From a virus, in IMG/VR virus record IMGVR_UViG_3300027804_000049, positions 1 through 64,000 of that record: a DNA stretch of 64,000 nt; one strand, given 5' to 3'. The first letter of the stretch is position 1; the number at the start of each line of letters is the position of its first letter. The notes under the pieces are model-generated. The model ran no database searches. It saw only the letters and a program-made list of their open reading frames with translations, and had not been told where the DNA came from. Made by a program: the position numbers and the translations under genes. Below are positions 45,449-54,600 of the stretch, one piece after another.

Positions 45449-45960
45449 TATGGCACCGCTATCGTAAGTTGCATGGCAGTTGTTTGAAAACCTCCATCAA
45501 AACCTGTAGAGTCAGCTGTTGCAATTACACCAAGGCCAAAGTCTCCCTCTTCTTCCTTCCATTGATCTAGCTTGTTAATAAGTTCCATAAACATCCATGC
45601 ATCAACCGCTGCGATCTCAGATGCTTCTTGAATCTTTTCCCCAGTAGGAGCTTTTCCATTTACTCCAACAACGGGAATCTCTCTTGAGATAGATATAGTT
45701 AAAACTGCAGAGCGTGGCATCTGGCATCTTTGAGGCTCACTTGCCTCGTCTCCGGGACGGCCTAGATAGACCTGAATAAACGAAACTACAAGTTGCTCGC
45801 AGTCAATTGCAGGTTCACCCATTGTCCAAAATTGTCTACTTGGCAAAGGTACGTTATACTCCTCGTAAACCTCTACAACCTTTTCAAGAACTTTATCAAG
45901 AAGTGTTTTTAGATTTAATGCCCTTAAGTCTACTGTCGATATGTCTATTAGTCTTCCCAC
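45448..45960 (-). CDS. Putative tail terminator/neck protein
   Basis: Position between adaptor and gp10-like gene; DCEQL.V. Confidence 0.55.
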   Translation of the reverse strand: MGRLIDISTVDLRALNLKTLLDKVLEKVVEVYEEYNVPLPSRQFWTMGEPAIDCEQLVVSFIQVYLGRPGDEASEPQRCQMPRSAVLTISISREIPVVGVNGKAPTGEKIQEASEIAAVDAWMFMELINKLDQWKEEEGDFGLGVIATADSTGFDGGFQTTAMQLTIAVP

Positions 45961-45962
45961 GT

Positions 45963-47357
45963 TTATCCTCCGATATCGTAGGTAGGAGTTACTTCATTGC
46001 CGAGACGAAGCGCAAGGTTTCCTGAGGCAATATATACTGTCTCTATCTCTCCTGCGTTTAATGGATCTGGTCGTGATGCATACAGATCCCATGTCCCTGG
46101 ATCCACGAATCCTACGTGTGCATAGGCATCATCGTACGAGACAGTTAAGGTGATGCTGTCACGAGTTTCATTAGTAACTGTAGCAGTTCCAGTGTCAGCT
46201 CCGTATGCAACGTCATCATACCCTTGACGCGCATAGGTAAATGCCGTAGACGAAGGAACGCTAACTATGTAGTAGTCACCGTTAAACGTAGAGTTAATGC
46301 CTGCAACTGTAACAAAATCACCTTCTACAAATCCATGAGTGGCCGTAGTTGTTATTGTAACAATACCATCGGTAAGTTGCTTATAAGCTACGTTTCTTGT
46401 AACGTCATTAACTATCGGGTCGTTTAGTTGAACCGCTCCAGTAGAAAGTTCCTTTGTCTTTGTTCCTGTGTAATTTGCAATCTTAAGCATTGGAACCCAT
46501 GTATCATCACTTACAAGGAATCCCGCGTTGATGTAGTCAAGGTTAACGTCTAATACGCCACCATCTGATCCTGTGACATACATGTCTAAAACACTTTGTC
46601 CAAGCGGTAAAGGCTTTGGTACCATACGACGAGCACGTGGTACGTCTGGGCTAAATACACGTGCCTTAGCGCGAGCGCGATCTGGGTTTACGGACTTAAG
46701 AAATAGATCAACGACATAGAGACCAGTTCTCATCTCTTCAATGAAGTCCTGGTTATCTAATATTGTATAGTTAACACCTTGTCGTGAAACTGACGTTACA
46801 CGTTGAGGAAGAGCGCAGTCGTCATCTCCAGACCACAGCTTTATAAACTCTGTAGCTAAAACACGAGCTGCTGCCTTGCCTGACGCAGGAGGTGGAGCTC
46901 CATACGTATACGTAACCTCAATGTTGCAAGGAGCCCAGGAGGTTCCAGCCTTTGCTTGAAGTGTAGAGTGATCAACTAGGTAATAATTTGCAGGGTCAAC
47001 TATGCTTCCTTCACGATTTCTTACTGAGTGAATGCGAACAACAGGTCTGCCACGAAGGCGAAGACGCGTCGACGGAGACATGCCATCTGTAGTTATTTCT
47101 GCATAATCGTCAAACTCATCAAAGGGAATGTTATATACGTCTCCACCAACGAGCTCAGGCGTGTAATTTCGTGAAGATGCCCCGAGACGATATGCGCGAG
47201 ATGCGCAGATATAGCGCTCTGTTACAGTAGTTATTCCATTAAACTTACGACCTGACATAGACCAGAGAAGCTGAGATGCAACCTTAACGGCATCATACGC
47301 ATATTCATCGTCAGCGTAGCTATCGAGCTCATCTACTGTTACCCAAAGATTTGACAC
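45963..47357 (-). CDS. Head-to-tail adaptor with C-terminal accessory domain
   Basis: LW..SGR.F, V.YTYG..PP, C.LP.RVTSVSRQGV, TG...VD.F...NP. Confidence 0.75.
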   Translation of the reverse strand: MSNLWVTVDELDSYADDEYAYDAVKVASQLLWSMSGRKFNGITTVTERYICASRAYRLGASSRNYTPELVGGDVYNIPFDEFDDYAEITTDGMSPSTRLRLRGRPVVRIHSVRNREGSIVDPANYYLVDHSTLQAKAGTSWAPCNIEVTYTYGAPPPASGKAAARVLATEFIKLWSGDDDCALPQRVTSVSRQGVNYTILDNQDFIEEMRTGLYVVDLFLKSVNPDRARAKARVFSPDVPRARRMVPKPLPLGQSVLDMYVTGSDGGVLDVNLDYINAGFLVSDDTWVPMLKIANYTGTKTKELSTGAVQLNDPIVNDVTRNVAYKQLTDGIVTITTTATHGFVEGDFVTVAGINSTFNGDYYIVSVPSSTAFTYARQGYDDVAYGADTGTATVTNETRDSITLTVSYDDAYAHVGFVDPGTWDLYASRPDPLNAGEIETVYIASGNLALRLGNEVTPTYDIGG

Positions 47358-47392
47358 TCGTTATCCCGTCTACTCGTCATTATTATGAAGAC

Positions 47393-47436
47393 GAGCGACA
47401 TGCCTGTGTAGGTGGTTACACGTTGGCATGTCGCTC
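47393..47436 (-). terminator. Strong hairpin downstream of the major tail gene
   Basis: Perfect 12-bp inverted repeat GAGCGACATGCC/GGCATGTCGCTC; only a weak U-tract. Confidence 0.55.
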
Positions 47437-47447
47437 TCTTATTCTTA

Positions 47448-48494
47448 TTAGGAGGTTGGATCCTCTGTTGACGCAATGATGAAGTCAGTTGCGTTATCAG
47501 CGTTGTAGTTCTCGTTACCAGGAACGTTGTAAGCTGTTGTTGAGCCTTCGCTTGCAAAGTCTGAAACTTGACGGCCATCAGCTTCGACAACTGCAGTACC
47601 GGAGTCTGCCGTTGAGGAAATGGTTCCGCTTGTCGTGGTTGTGTAGGTAAATGTTGTTGTTGTTGGAACAGACGCAATGGTGTATGTACCATTAAGCGCT
47701 GTGCTTGTAAGGCTTGCCACAACGACAGTGTCTCCTGCCTCAAAGTTATGAGCTGCTGAGGTAGTAATTGTAGCAGTTGAGCTTGTGCGAGCAACGTTGT
47801 TAATAGATGCTGAAAGATCTCCATGCCATACTAAGAAGCCCTTACGACCTGTTGGCGCCCAATAAGAGCGAGCATATGAGTATGGACGCTCTGTAGCTAC
47901 TGGGAACTCCCAGCGCTCATCTAGTCCATCGCCAAAGTTAGTGTTTCCAAGGCCGTAACCTTCGAATGTAGTTGCAAGCATTCCATTTTCAATTACGCGA
48001 TCTCCGCTTTGGCGAAGCTTTGCATATGGGAATACCCAGTGGAAGTAAGGAAGTGTTGCTGCCTTCTTTCCATCAATGATTGCGAATGACCAGCACTCGA
48101 TAGCAACACCGTTACCAGCTGGGTCATCGCCAGTTGCAGGAGAAGACCAACCGATTGACTTGCGATCTGGTGAAGCATATGTTCCGAGGTTCTTGCGAAG
48201 TAGTAAACCGCCAGAAATTAGCTGAGTAAGTTCTGGATCTGGCTCACAGATTGCAAGCTCCATTGTGATACGCTTTAGCGTATCAGGTGACTTGTAAGTA
48301 ACGCAGACTGTTCCATCTGCGCCTTTTTCTGTCATTTCATCGCCTTCTTCGTACTCAGGCGTGAATGAAAGGCGTAAAAAGCCTGATGTGGTGTAGCTGT
48401 CACCGGCCTCGTTCAGGAGGTTACCAGACGCATCAAGACGAGTTACTCGAATTGACACGCCCTGAATGCTGGCGGCGTATTCTTGAGTTGCCAT
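47448..48494 (-). CDS. Major tail (tube) protein with C-terminal accessory domain
   Basis: RVTRLD..G, EEG.E..K.A.G..CV, cluster-B-like actinophage tail tube pattern; AGGAG SD. Confidence 0.8.
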   Translation of the reverse strand: MATQEYAASIQGVSIRVTRLDASGNLLNEAGDSYTTSGFLRLSFTPEYEEGDEMTEKGADGTVCVTYKSPDTLKRITMELAICEPDPELTQLISGGLLLRKNLGTYASPDRKSIGWSSPATGDDPAGNGVAIECWSFAIIDGKKAATLPYFHWVFPYAKLRQSGDRVIENGMLATTFEGYGLGNTNFGDGLDERWEFPVATERPYSYARSYWAPTGRKGFLVWHGDLSASINNVARTSSTATITTSAAHNFEAGDTVVVASLTSTALNGTYTIASVPTTTTFTYTTTTSGTISSTADSGTAVVEADGRQVSDFASEGSTTAYNVPGNENYNADNATDFIIASTEDPTS

Positions 48495-48539
48495 GTTTTT
48501 TATTTTCTCCTTGTTTAGAAGCGGCTATCTAGAGCTATT

Positions 48540-49406
48540 CTATGCCGTTAGATCAACTCTGACTGCGAGATGAATAGACGGATCAAAGTATACCGCAGCT
48601 GGGCGGATAGCCTTGAGACGTATATTATTCGCATTATTCGACACGTCATAGCCCTGTGCTAGATTGTCGTTTACGACATCTGGCTTGCCAAGTAGTACCT
48701 TGACAGTTCCAGTGGCGTACATCCATTTGTTTGTACCTGAGGCTGTTGCTCCTGTAGCTTCAGTTGGCCCATTTCCTGAGTAGCCGGAACCAATAATAAT
48801 TGGAGTACCTCCTACAGTCTGCAGGTGATCTGACTTTACAGTATGGTAGAAAAGACTACCGTCAGAAGCCAGAAGAGCGGCAATATCACGAGTCATGTGA
48901 ATAACGCCTTGCTCACCAGCAGGAGATACCAGCGCAATTTGATGCTCTAGAAGCGCGATAGCTCTTCTTGGAGAGAGTGCTGTTCCTGAGTTTAATGTAG
49001 TCACCGTTGAAGATACTAATGCTTTATTTTCATGAGACTCTCCAATGCGGATAGCTCCGTCCCATAGCTCAACTTCAAGTGCTTTTTGAGTAACACCTTC
49101 TAGTTGGCGAGTAATGCGAGCAATGCGATCAATTCCAGAAAAACCTAATGTTGAACGGGTTTCATCTACCTCAATAAAAAATGGTTTAATCTCGTCAAAA
49201 TAGTTGACGGTAGGAGCAGAAATCTGCTCGCTTGTGGTATCTGTATCATCATAATTTGTAATAAATTGAGGTGTAGTTTCCCATTCCTGCGAGAAACCTC
49301 GTACCCATTTGTCCTCATCAACTGAGGTATCTGGCCTTACTACTGTGAGTAGGCCAAACATCGAAGGGATAATCTTCGGCGCCTCAAAAACTCCTGTGTA
49401 AGCCAT
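48540..49406 (-). CDS. Major capsid pentamer-type protein
   Basis: W..G, PF..E..LW.G, GVIH, TP...G.GY, W.YATG.V; directly after the major capsid gene. Confidence 0.65.
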   Translation of the reverse strand: MAYTGVFEAPKIIPSMFGLLTVVRPDTSVDEDKWVRGFSQEWETTPQFITNYDDTDTTSEQISAPTVNYFDEIKPFFIEVDETRSTLGFSGIDRIARITRQLEGVTQKALEVELWDGAIRIGESHENKALVSSTVTTLNSGTALSPRRAIALLEHQIALVSPAGEQGVIHMTRDIAALLASDGSLFYHTVKSDHLQTVGGTPIIIGSGYSGNGPTEATGATASGTNKWMYATGTVKVLLGKPDVVNDNLAQGYDVSNNANNIRLKAIRPAAVYFDPSIHLAVRVDLTA

Positions 49407-49458
49407 TATTGCTTTCCTAATCCTAATTTAACTCTCGTTTTGATTACCTTTTCGTATC

Positions 49459-49484
49459 GGAGGCGCCCGCAAGCGAGCGCCTCC
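49459..49484 (-). promoter_or_regulatory. GC-rich hairpin with G(CUUG)C tetraloop after the major capsid gene
   Basis: Minus-strand RNA GGAGGCGCUCG-CUUG-CGGGCGCCUCC. Confidence 0.65.
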
Positions 49485-49502
49485 TCAACGAAGTATCGAA
49501 TT

Positions 49503-51500
49503 TTAGTATTCGATTGTAGCTGCTGATGCGCCACCGTTGGTGTCGCGTAGAGCTGCTGCTGTACCGTTGACTGCAATTGTTGATGCGACCTTGAGAGACT
49601 CAACGCCGACCTTTGCAACACCTTCGAAGGTTTCAACGAACATCTTGTAATCGTTGGTTCCAACAAGGGTGGAGTCACGGATAATTCCGAGATCCAAGGT
49701 ACCGCCATCGAGGAACAAGAACGTTCCTTCTGAGAACATGTACCAGGTCAAGGTGTCTCCGAACTCATTCATTGCACCTGAACCTTGTGCGCCTGTTGGC
49801 TCTTCAAGGTGGTAGCAGATGTTTACGCCGCGTGCTGCGAGGTATCCATCGATTTCACCGTATGCGTTAAGCATGTTATCGCCAGGAGCTGCAAGTACTA
49901 GATCTGCTGCCATTGCGTCCTTGATCCAATATGGAGCAATTACGCGAAGTGGAGCGTCTGCCTCTAGACGATGACGACCGCGGTAAGCGGAAGCGGCGCG
50001 TCCAACCTGAACTAAGAAGTCACGAGCAACACCAATGATTGATGATGATGTGACTGCAGTTGAAAGTGCAGTTAGACGAGTAAGGATTTGTCCTTCAGCC
50101 TCGCGAGCATGCTGAATAAGACCGAGCTCGTTGTGACGAGCGATCAATTCAGGATATGCACGAGTTAGAAGGTTACCAAACTGTAGCTGTAGTGTTACAG
50201 CGTCAGTCGCAACAGTGTTCTCAGTTGCAGCGGTAACAGTCAAGCTTAGCTTTGCAGCTGGGTCTGGTGTTTCTGCTGAATCGTTTGCAGCAGTCCAGAT
50301 ACCTACAGCGTTGCCGTAGCTAGATAGAACTGGTGGAACGATGTAGCGAATACCGCCACGATCAGCTTGGAAGCGAGGTAGGCAGTCACGTACTGGACGT
50401 GCTGTTGTTCCGATTCCGAAGATGTCGTACTTGACTTCGAATGGAGCCTGATGGCCACCAGCAGCAACAAGTGCCTCTGGGCCGACTACATTCTGGACTT
50501 TCTTCCAGTTAGATTCTGCATCTGTTGAAAGAGTGCGCTCTTCTGGGTATTGAGTTGTAATAGATGCAACGATGTGCTGTTCACCGTCTCCACCGTTTAC
50601 ACGGCGTAGACCATGAAGACGCTTGGACATTGCCTCTGCGACTTCAGACATGTTGTTGATTGTGCTGCCCGCTGTGTATCCAGGAATGTCAGCGCCAGCC
50701 GTAATAGCTACGGTAGCCGCTGAAGTCTGGAGTGATGGGCGGCGATCCGCTGGAGCTTCAATTACTTCAGTAACTGTAGCTTCAGTCTCGTTTGCGGCGG
50801 CGGTCACTGGTGCCTCCTGCTCCTTCTGCTCATTTTGAGCAACTTGGGTTGTTTCTGGGGTAGCTGAAACTTCGATTTCAGCTGATGCTGCAACAGGTTC
50901 TGTCGCAACTTCTGCAGCTGGTGCCTCTACGTTTTCAGTTGGTTCTGCTGAAAGTTCGGCTTCTGGAGTTACCTCGGCCACTGCTTCCGCAGGAGTTTCT
51001 TCTGCAACAGCAGCTTCTGCAGCTGGTGTTACTTCAGTAGCAGCAACTTCTTGAGTTGCTACAGGTGTTTCTGCTGGGGTTGAAAACTCAGATGCCTCTT
51101 CCACAGTAGTTGACGCTTCGGCCATTGGCTTATCCTCTTCTTTTTCTTCTTTCATAACTGGAGCAGCAGGAGCCTCTTCAGGCATTTCCTTCTCCTCTTT
51201 ATTACTGTCAGAATCGGTTTCGCCTTCAGGCATTTCTTCCTTCATTTCGTCACCCTTAACACGCATTGCGGCTTCAGCGGCGCGTGCAGCAAGCTCTTGA
51301 GCTTGTGCCTCACGACGAGAAATTTCACCACGTACTGTGTCAAGCATGTCTGCCAATGAGGTCATGGCGTCTACTGTCTGCGGAGATGGATCCTCCTTTT
51401 CAACCGTTTCAAATTCGCTGACGATAGCACTCTGTAACTCAACAAGCTTTTCAGCGTCGAGTTCAGAAAGCTGGTCTAGCATTTCTTTTATACGGTCCAC
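49503..51500 (-). CDS. Major capsid (hexamer-type) protein with N-terminal scaffold-like region
   Basis: Acidic Ala/Glu/Pro N-terminal half; LVAAGG..AP, LP.F...RGG, LDLG.IRDSTL..TND...F.E.FE. Confidence 0.85.
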   Translation of the reverse strand: MDRIKEMLDQLSELDAEKLVELQSAIVSEFETVEKEDPSPQTVDAMTSLADMLDTVRGEISRREAQAQELAARAAEAAMRVKGDEMKEEMPEGETDSDSNKEEKEMPEEAPAAPVMKEEKEEDKPMAEASTTVEEASEFSTPAETPVATQEVAATEVTPAAEAAVAEETPAEAVAEVTPEAELSAEPTENVEAPAAEVATEPVAASAEIEVSATPETTQVAQNEQKEQEAPVTAAANETEATVTEVIEAPADRRPSLQTSAATVAITAGADIPGYTAGSTINNMSEVAEAMSKRLHGLRRVNGGDGEQHIVASITTQYPEERTLSTDAESNWKKVQNVVGPEALVAAGGHQAPFEVKYDIFGIGTTARPVRDCLPRFQADRGGIRYIVPPVLSSYGNAVGIWTAANDSAETPDPAAKLSLTVTAATENTVATDAVTLQLQFGNLLTRAYPELIARHNELGLIQHAREAEGQILTRLTALSTAVTSSSIIGVARDFLVQVGRAASAYRGRHRLEADAPLRVIAPYWIKDAMAADLVLAAPGDNMLNAYGEIDGYLAARGVNICYHLEEPTGAQGSGAMNEFGDTLTWYMFSEGTFLFLDGGTLDLGIIRDSTLVGTNDYKMFVETFEGVAKVGVESLKVASTIAVNGTAAALRDTNGGASAATIEY

Positions 51501-51628
51501 TGTCCCTCCTCCGGGCCAGTCATGATGAACAAGATTTGTTAGTTCATCTCGCTAATCAGTCCAAGGCCGAGGGACTCTACGCGGGTTGCGTGGAGGCACT
51601 CTACCTGGATTGAATAATACATTATATT

Positions 51629-54600
51629 TTAAGTTAAGAGTCGGAGAAGCTTGCTCAATTCTGAGGAAATCTCAGCTTGAGAGAAATAATCTCCACCTGA
51701 CATAAACGACTTGAGTCCTGTAGTCGCCTCATCAGCCTCGTCCTTTCCTATCTTTTCTTCTACCCTTGGGATCATATCTTCGATAAGACCTTTTAAGGCC
51801 GGAGGAAGATCGCTGTAGCGGATCTTCTCCGTGTCGCTTCCAAACGGCAATGGGAGATTTGCAATGGTCTCTCCCAAGGCTCTTGCCGAGGTGCGAATAT
51901 TTTCTATTGAGTCTGGGTTAAGTGCACGGGTATCAATTCTGTCAACTATGGAGATAACGTCGCCTGCGGCTCTCGCTGCCTCCATGTAGTTTCCAGCGTT
52001 GTCAAGGTTTTCGGCCTTTTCAATTTTGTCGACTACCTTGTCAAGTCCAACGTCGCCAAGGTCCTGCTTTATACGAGCTAGAACTTGACGAAACTTACCT
52101 TTTGCATCACGCGGCTGAGTCTTGCCAGGCACGTACTTACCTGCCTGAACGTCTGTTACTTCTGCGAACTCAGCCGCTGATGCTTTTCCCAAATCGTTTT
52201 GCTCCTCGTTTGAATAAGCCATTCCAGCGGTCTCAAGAGACGCTATCATTGCGATGCGCTCGCGTAGATAGGCCACCTCTTCACCAAGTTCTTGGCTTGA
52301 TAACGATTTCCATTTATCTGGAATTAAGTCTGGACGGTCAAGTTGACGAGCGCGCTTCATGATGTGGCGTCTAACAGCCGCACGCTTGCCTGGCTTTGAT
52401 CTTCCGTAAGCTTGAATTGAATCCTTCAAGGAGTCGATGTTTGTAATGGGGTATGAACCGTCTTTAAGAGCGTAACCTTTCTTAGCAAGTTTCTGACGTC
52501 TCTCTCGGGAGATGTAGCCAAACTCGTCATCAAACTTTTGTACTCCAAAAACTCTAGAATACAAGGCATCTGCACGAGCGGAAAGCTCTGCGGCATGTGC
52601 CTCCTTAAGAGCTGTGAAGCGCTCACGAGCAACGTCCGCTTTTGATGAAAGTTCAGCTTGTTCTAACTGCTCCAGTTTTTGTATACGAGAGGTCAAATCT
52701 GCGATTGGATCTGCCTTCATGCGTGCAAGAACTCCTGCGCCAGCCGCAACAAGTGCCATAACCGCACCTGAGGCAACGCGAGCACGGGCAATAGGGAACC
52801 CTGGAACGTTTACCTGGCAAACCGCTACAAGCTCAAGTTTACCGTTAATTGGACGCCAATCACCAGAAGGTGCAGACGCACGAACTGCGCGAACCTGCTC
52901 CGGTGTAGTTCCTGGACGTAAAGCTCCTGATACCCAGATACCAAAGGCATCTTCTCCAGTATGAACGTCCGCAAAGGCAGACGCGGTGTCATCGTAGTGA
53001 CGCACCGCCTCATGAGCGGAAGCCTCAAGTGAGGCATGTCCGCCTGCTAGAGTTAGTTGTCCAACAGGAACGTCTGTTCCGTCGTCTGTGCGAACTACAC
53101 CTGTATGAAAATACGCGTAGTTGCTTCTTGAACGTGGTGGCTTTGTGCCAAATGACATTCCGATATGATCTACATGCCACGCTGCAATATGACCAAATAC
53201 ACGACCTTCGTCGTCAACGGTCAATGGAGTTGGCTTGTCGAGTTGCGGATTGTCAAACCACGAACGCGGTGGTACGACTGGGATTGATCCTGCCACTAAG
53301 CCACAAGCGACAAGCGCTGAAGCCTCTACAGGATCCATCTCGTCGACATATACGCCGTCCGGGATCACTGTTTCCTCCTGATTCTCGTCTTCGACGAGGT
53401 AGATTTGGCACTCTTGGAATGCCGGTTTTGGTACGAGTGTCACTGCCATAACTCGCGCATGCGTAATCACAAGTTTGTCAGCTCCAATCTTACCACTGTC
53501 TTTTTCAGCCAGTTCAGGCACTTCTTGACTTGCCTCGAACTGGTCGAGATCCGCAGAAACTCCACGGATAAAACCATTACTTATTAAACGCTCTGCTTCC
53601 TTACCATATTCTCCAGAGTCAAATACGCCGTGCGCGTTTCCAATTCCACCTTCTACACGTTCCATGTGATCAATACGTCCAATTACAACTGATCCATTGT
53701 GTCCTTCGCCAGTTTCAATTTGCCACATCAATGGCAAAGGTAATTCACGAATTTCTATTGCACCTTTCTTAAAGGTACGTCCATCGCCAGTTTCAATCTC
53801 CTCTGGAATTACAAGAGGAATCTTAAACTTTGCACCTTCTGCTGTTGTCGTCTCTTCTTCAAGATGCCCTGCTGCAGTAAGAACTCGTCTACGAGCATCT
53901 GCCGCTCGAGCAGAAAGAATAGATGATTGAAGAATCTCATCTACAGAAAGTAGTCCGCGCTTCTTTTTACCAATGTTGTTTTTGCTTCCTGGCCAGGTAC
54001 CTGTCATCTCCTTGTGACGAAGAGCGCAGTAGCCTTTCGCGCGAGGACCCATGTACTTCTTAAGGTTGCGATAACAACGCGTCCAATCACCTGGAGTATT
54101 CCAACGAATCTTTATAACTCCGCCTTTACCGATTGTCCAGTAGCGACGTAAGTTTTCTGCATTTCCTCTATTGCGATCTAAGCCACCAGCTGCGGTTAGG
54201 AACATTCCATTTTTACCATTCCAAAGGACTGTAATAAACTCAAAATCCTTTACAGATGCAGTTACTGGAGCTATTCCATCAACTTGCTCAATGACTGTTT
54301 TAAGAGATGCACCATCAAGAGGAACTACAGGAGGCGGAGTTGCAGACTTCATATCAGCAAGTATTCGCTCGTCACGCACCCATTTTTTATCCTTGCGAAT
54401 ATAAGTCATCGCATCAGTTGAGGTAGAGCTAGCTGGGACTAATGACACTAGCTCATAAACAGCGCTAGGGTCCGTATCTGAAACAACTGCAAAAAACACA
54501 GGTTGTACGTCAGATGTTTCAGGTGATATCTCCTTAGACTCACCTGGAGAAACGGCGCTTGTGATGGGTTGATAATACATTTTGTTTGGGTAGTAATATT

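Noticed and set aside
49406-49708. 100-aa ORF bridging the capsid genes (possible frameshift product)
   Set aside because: Mostly overlaps the capsid gene in another frame; no slippery site recognised and no protein-like features
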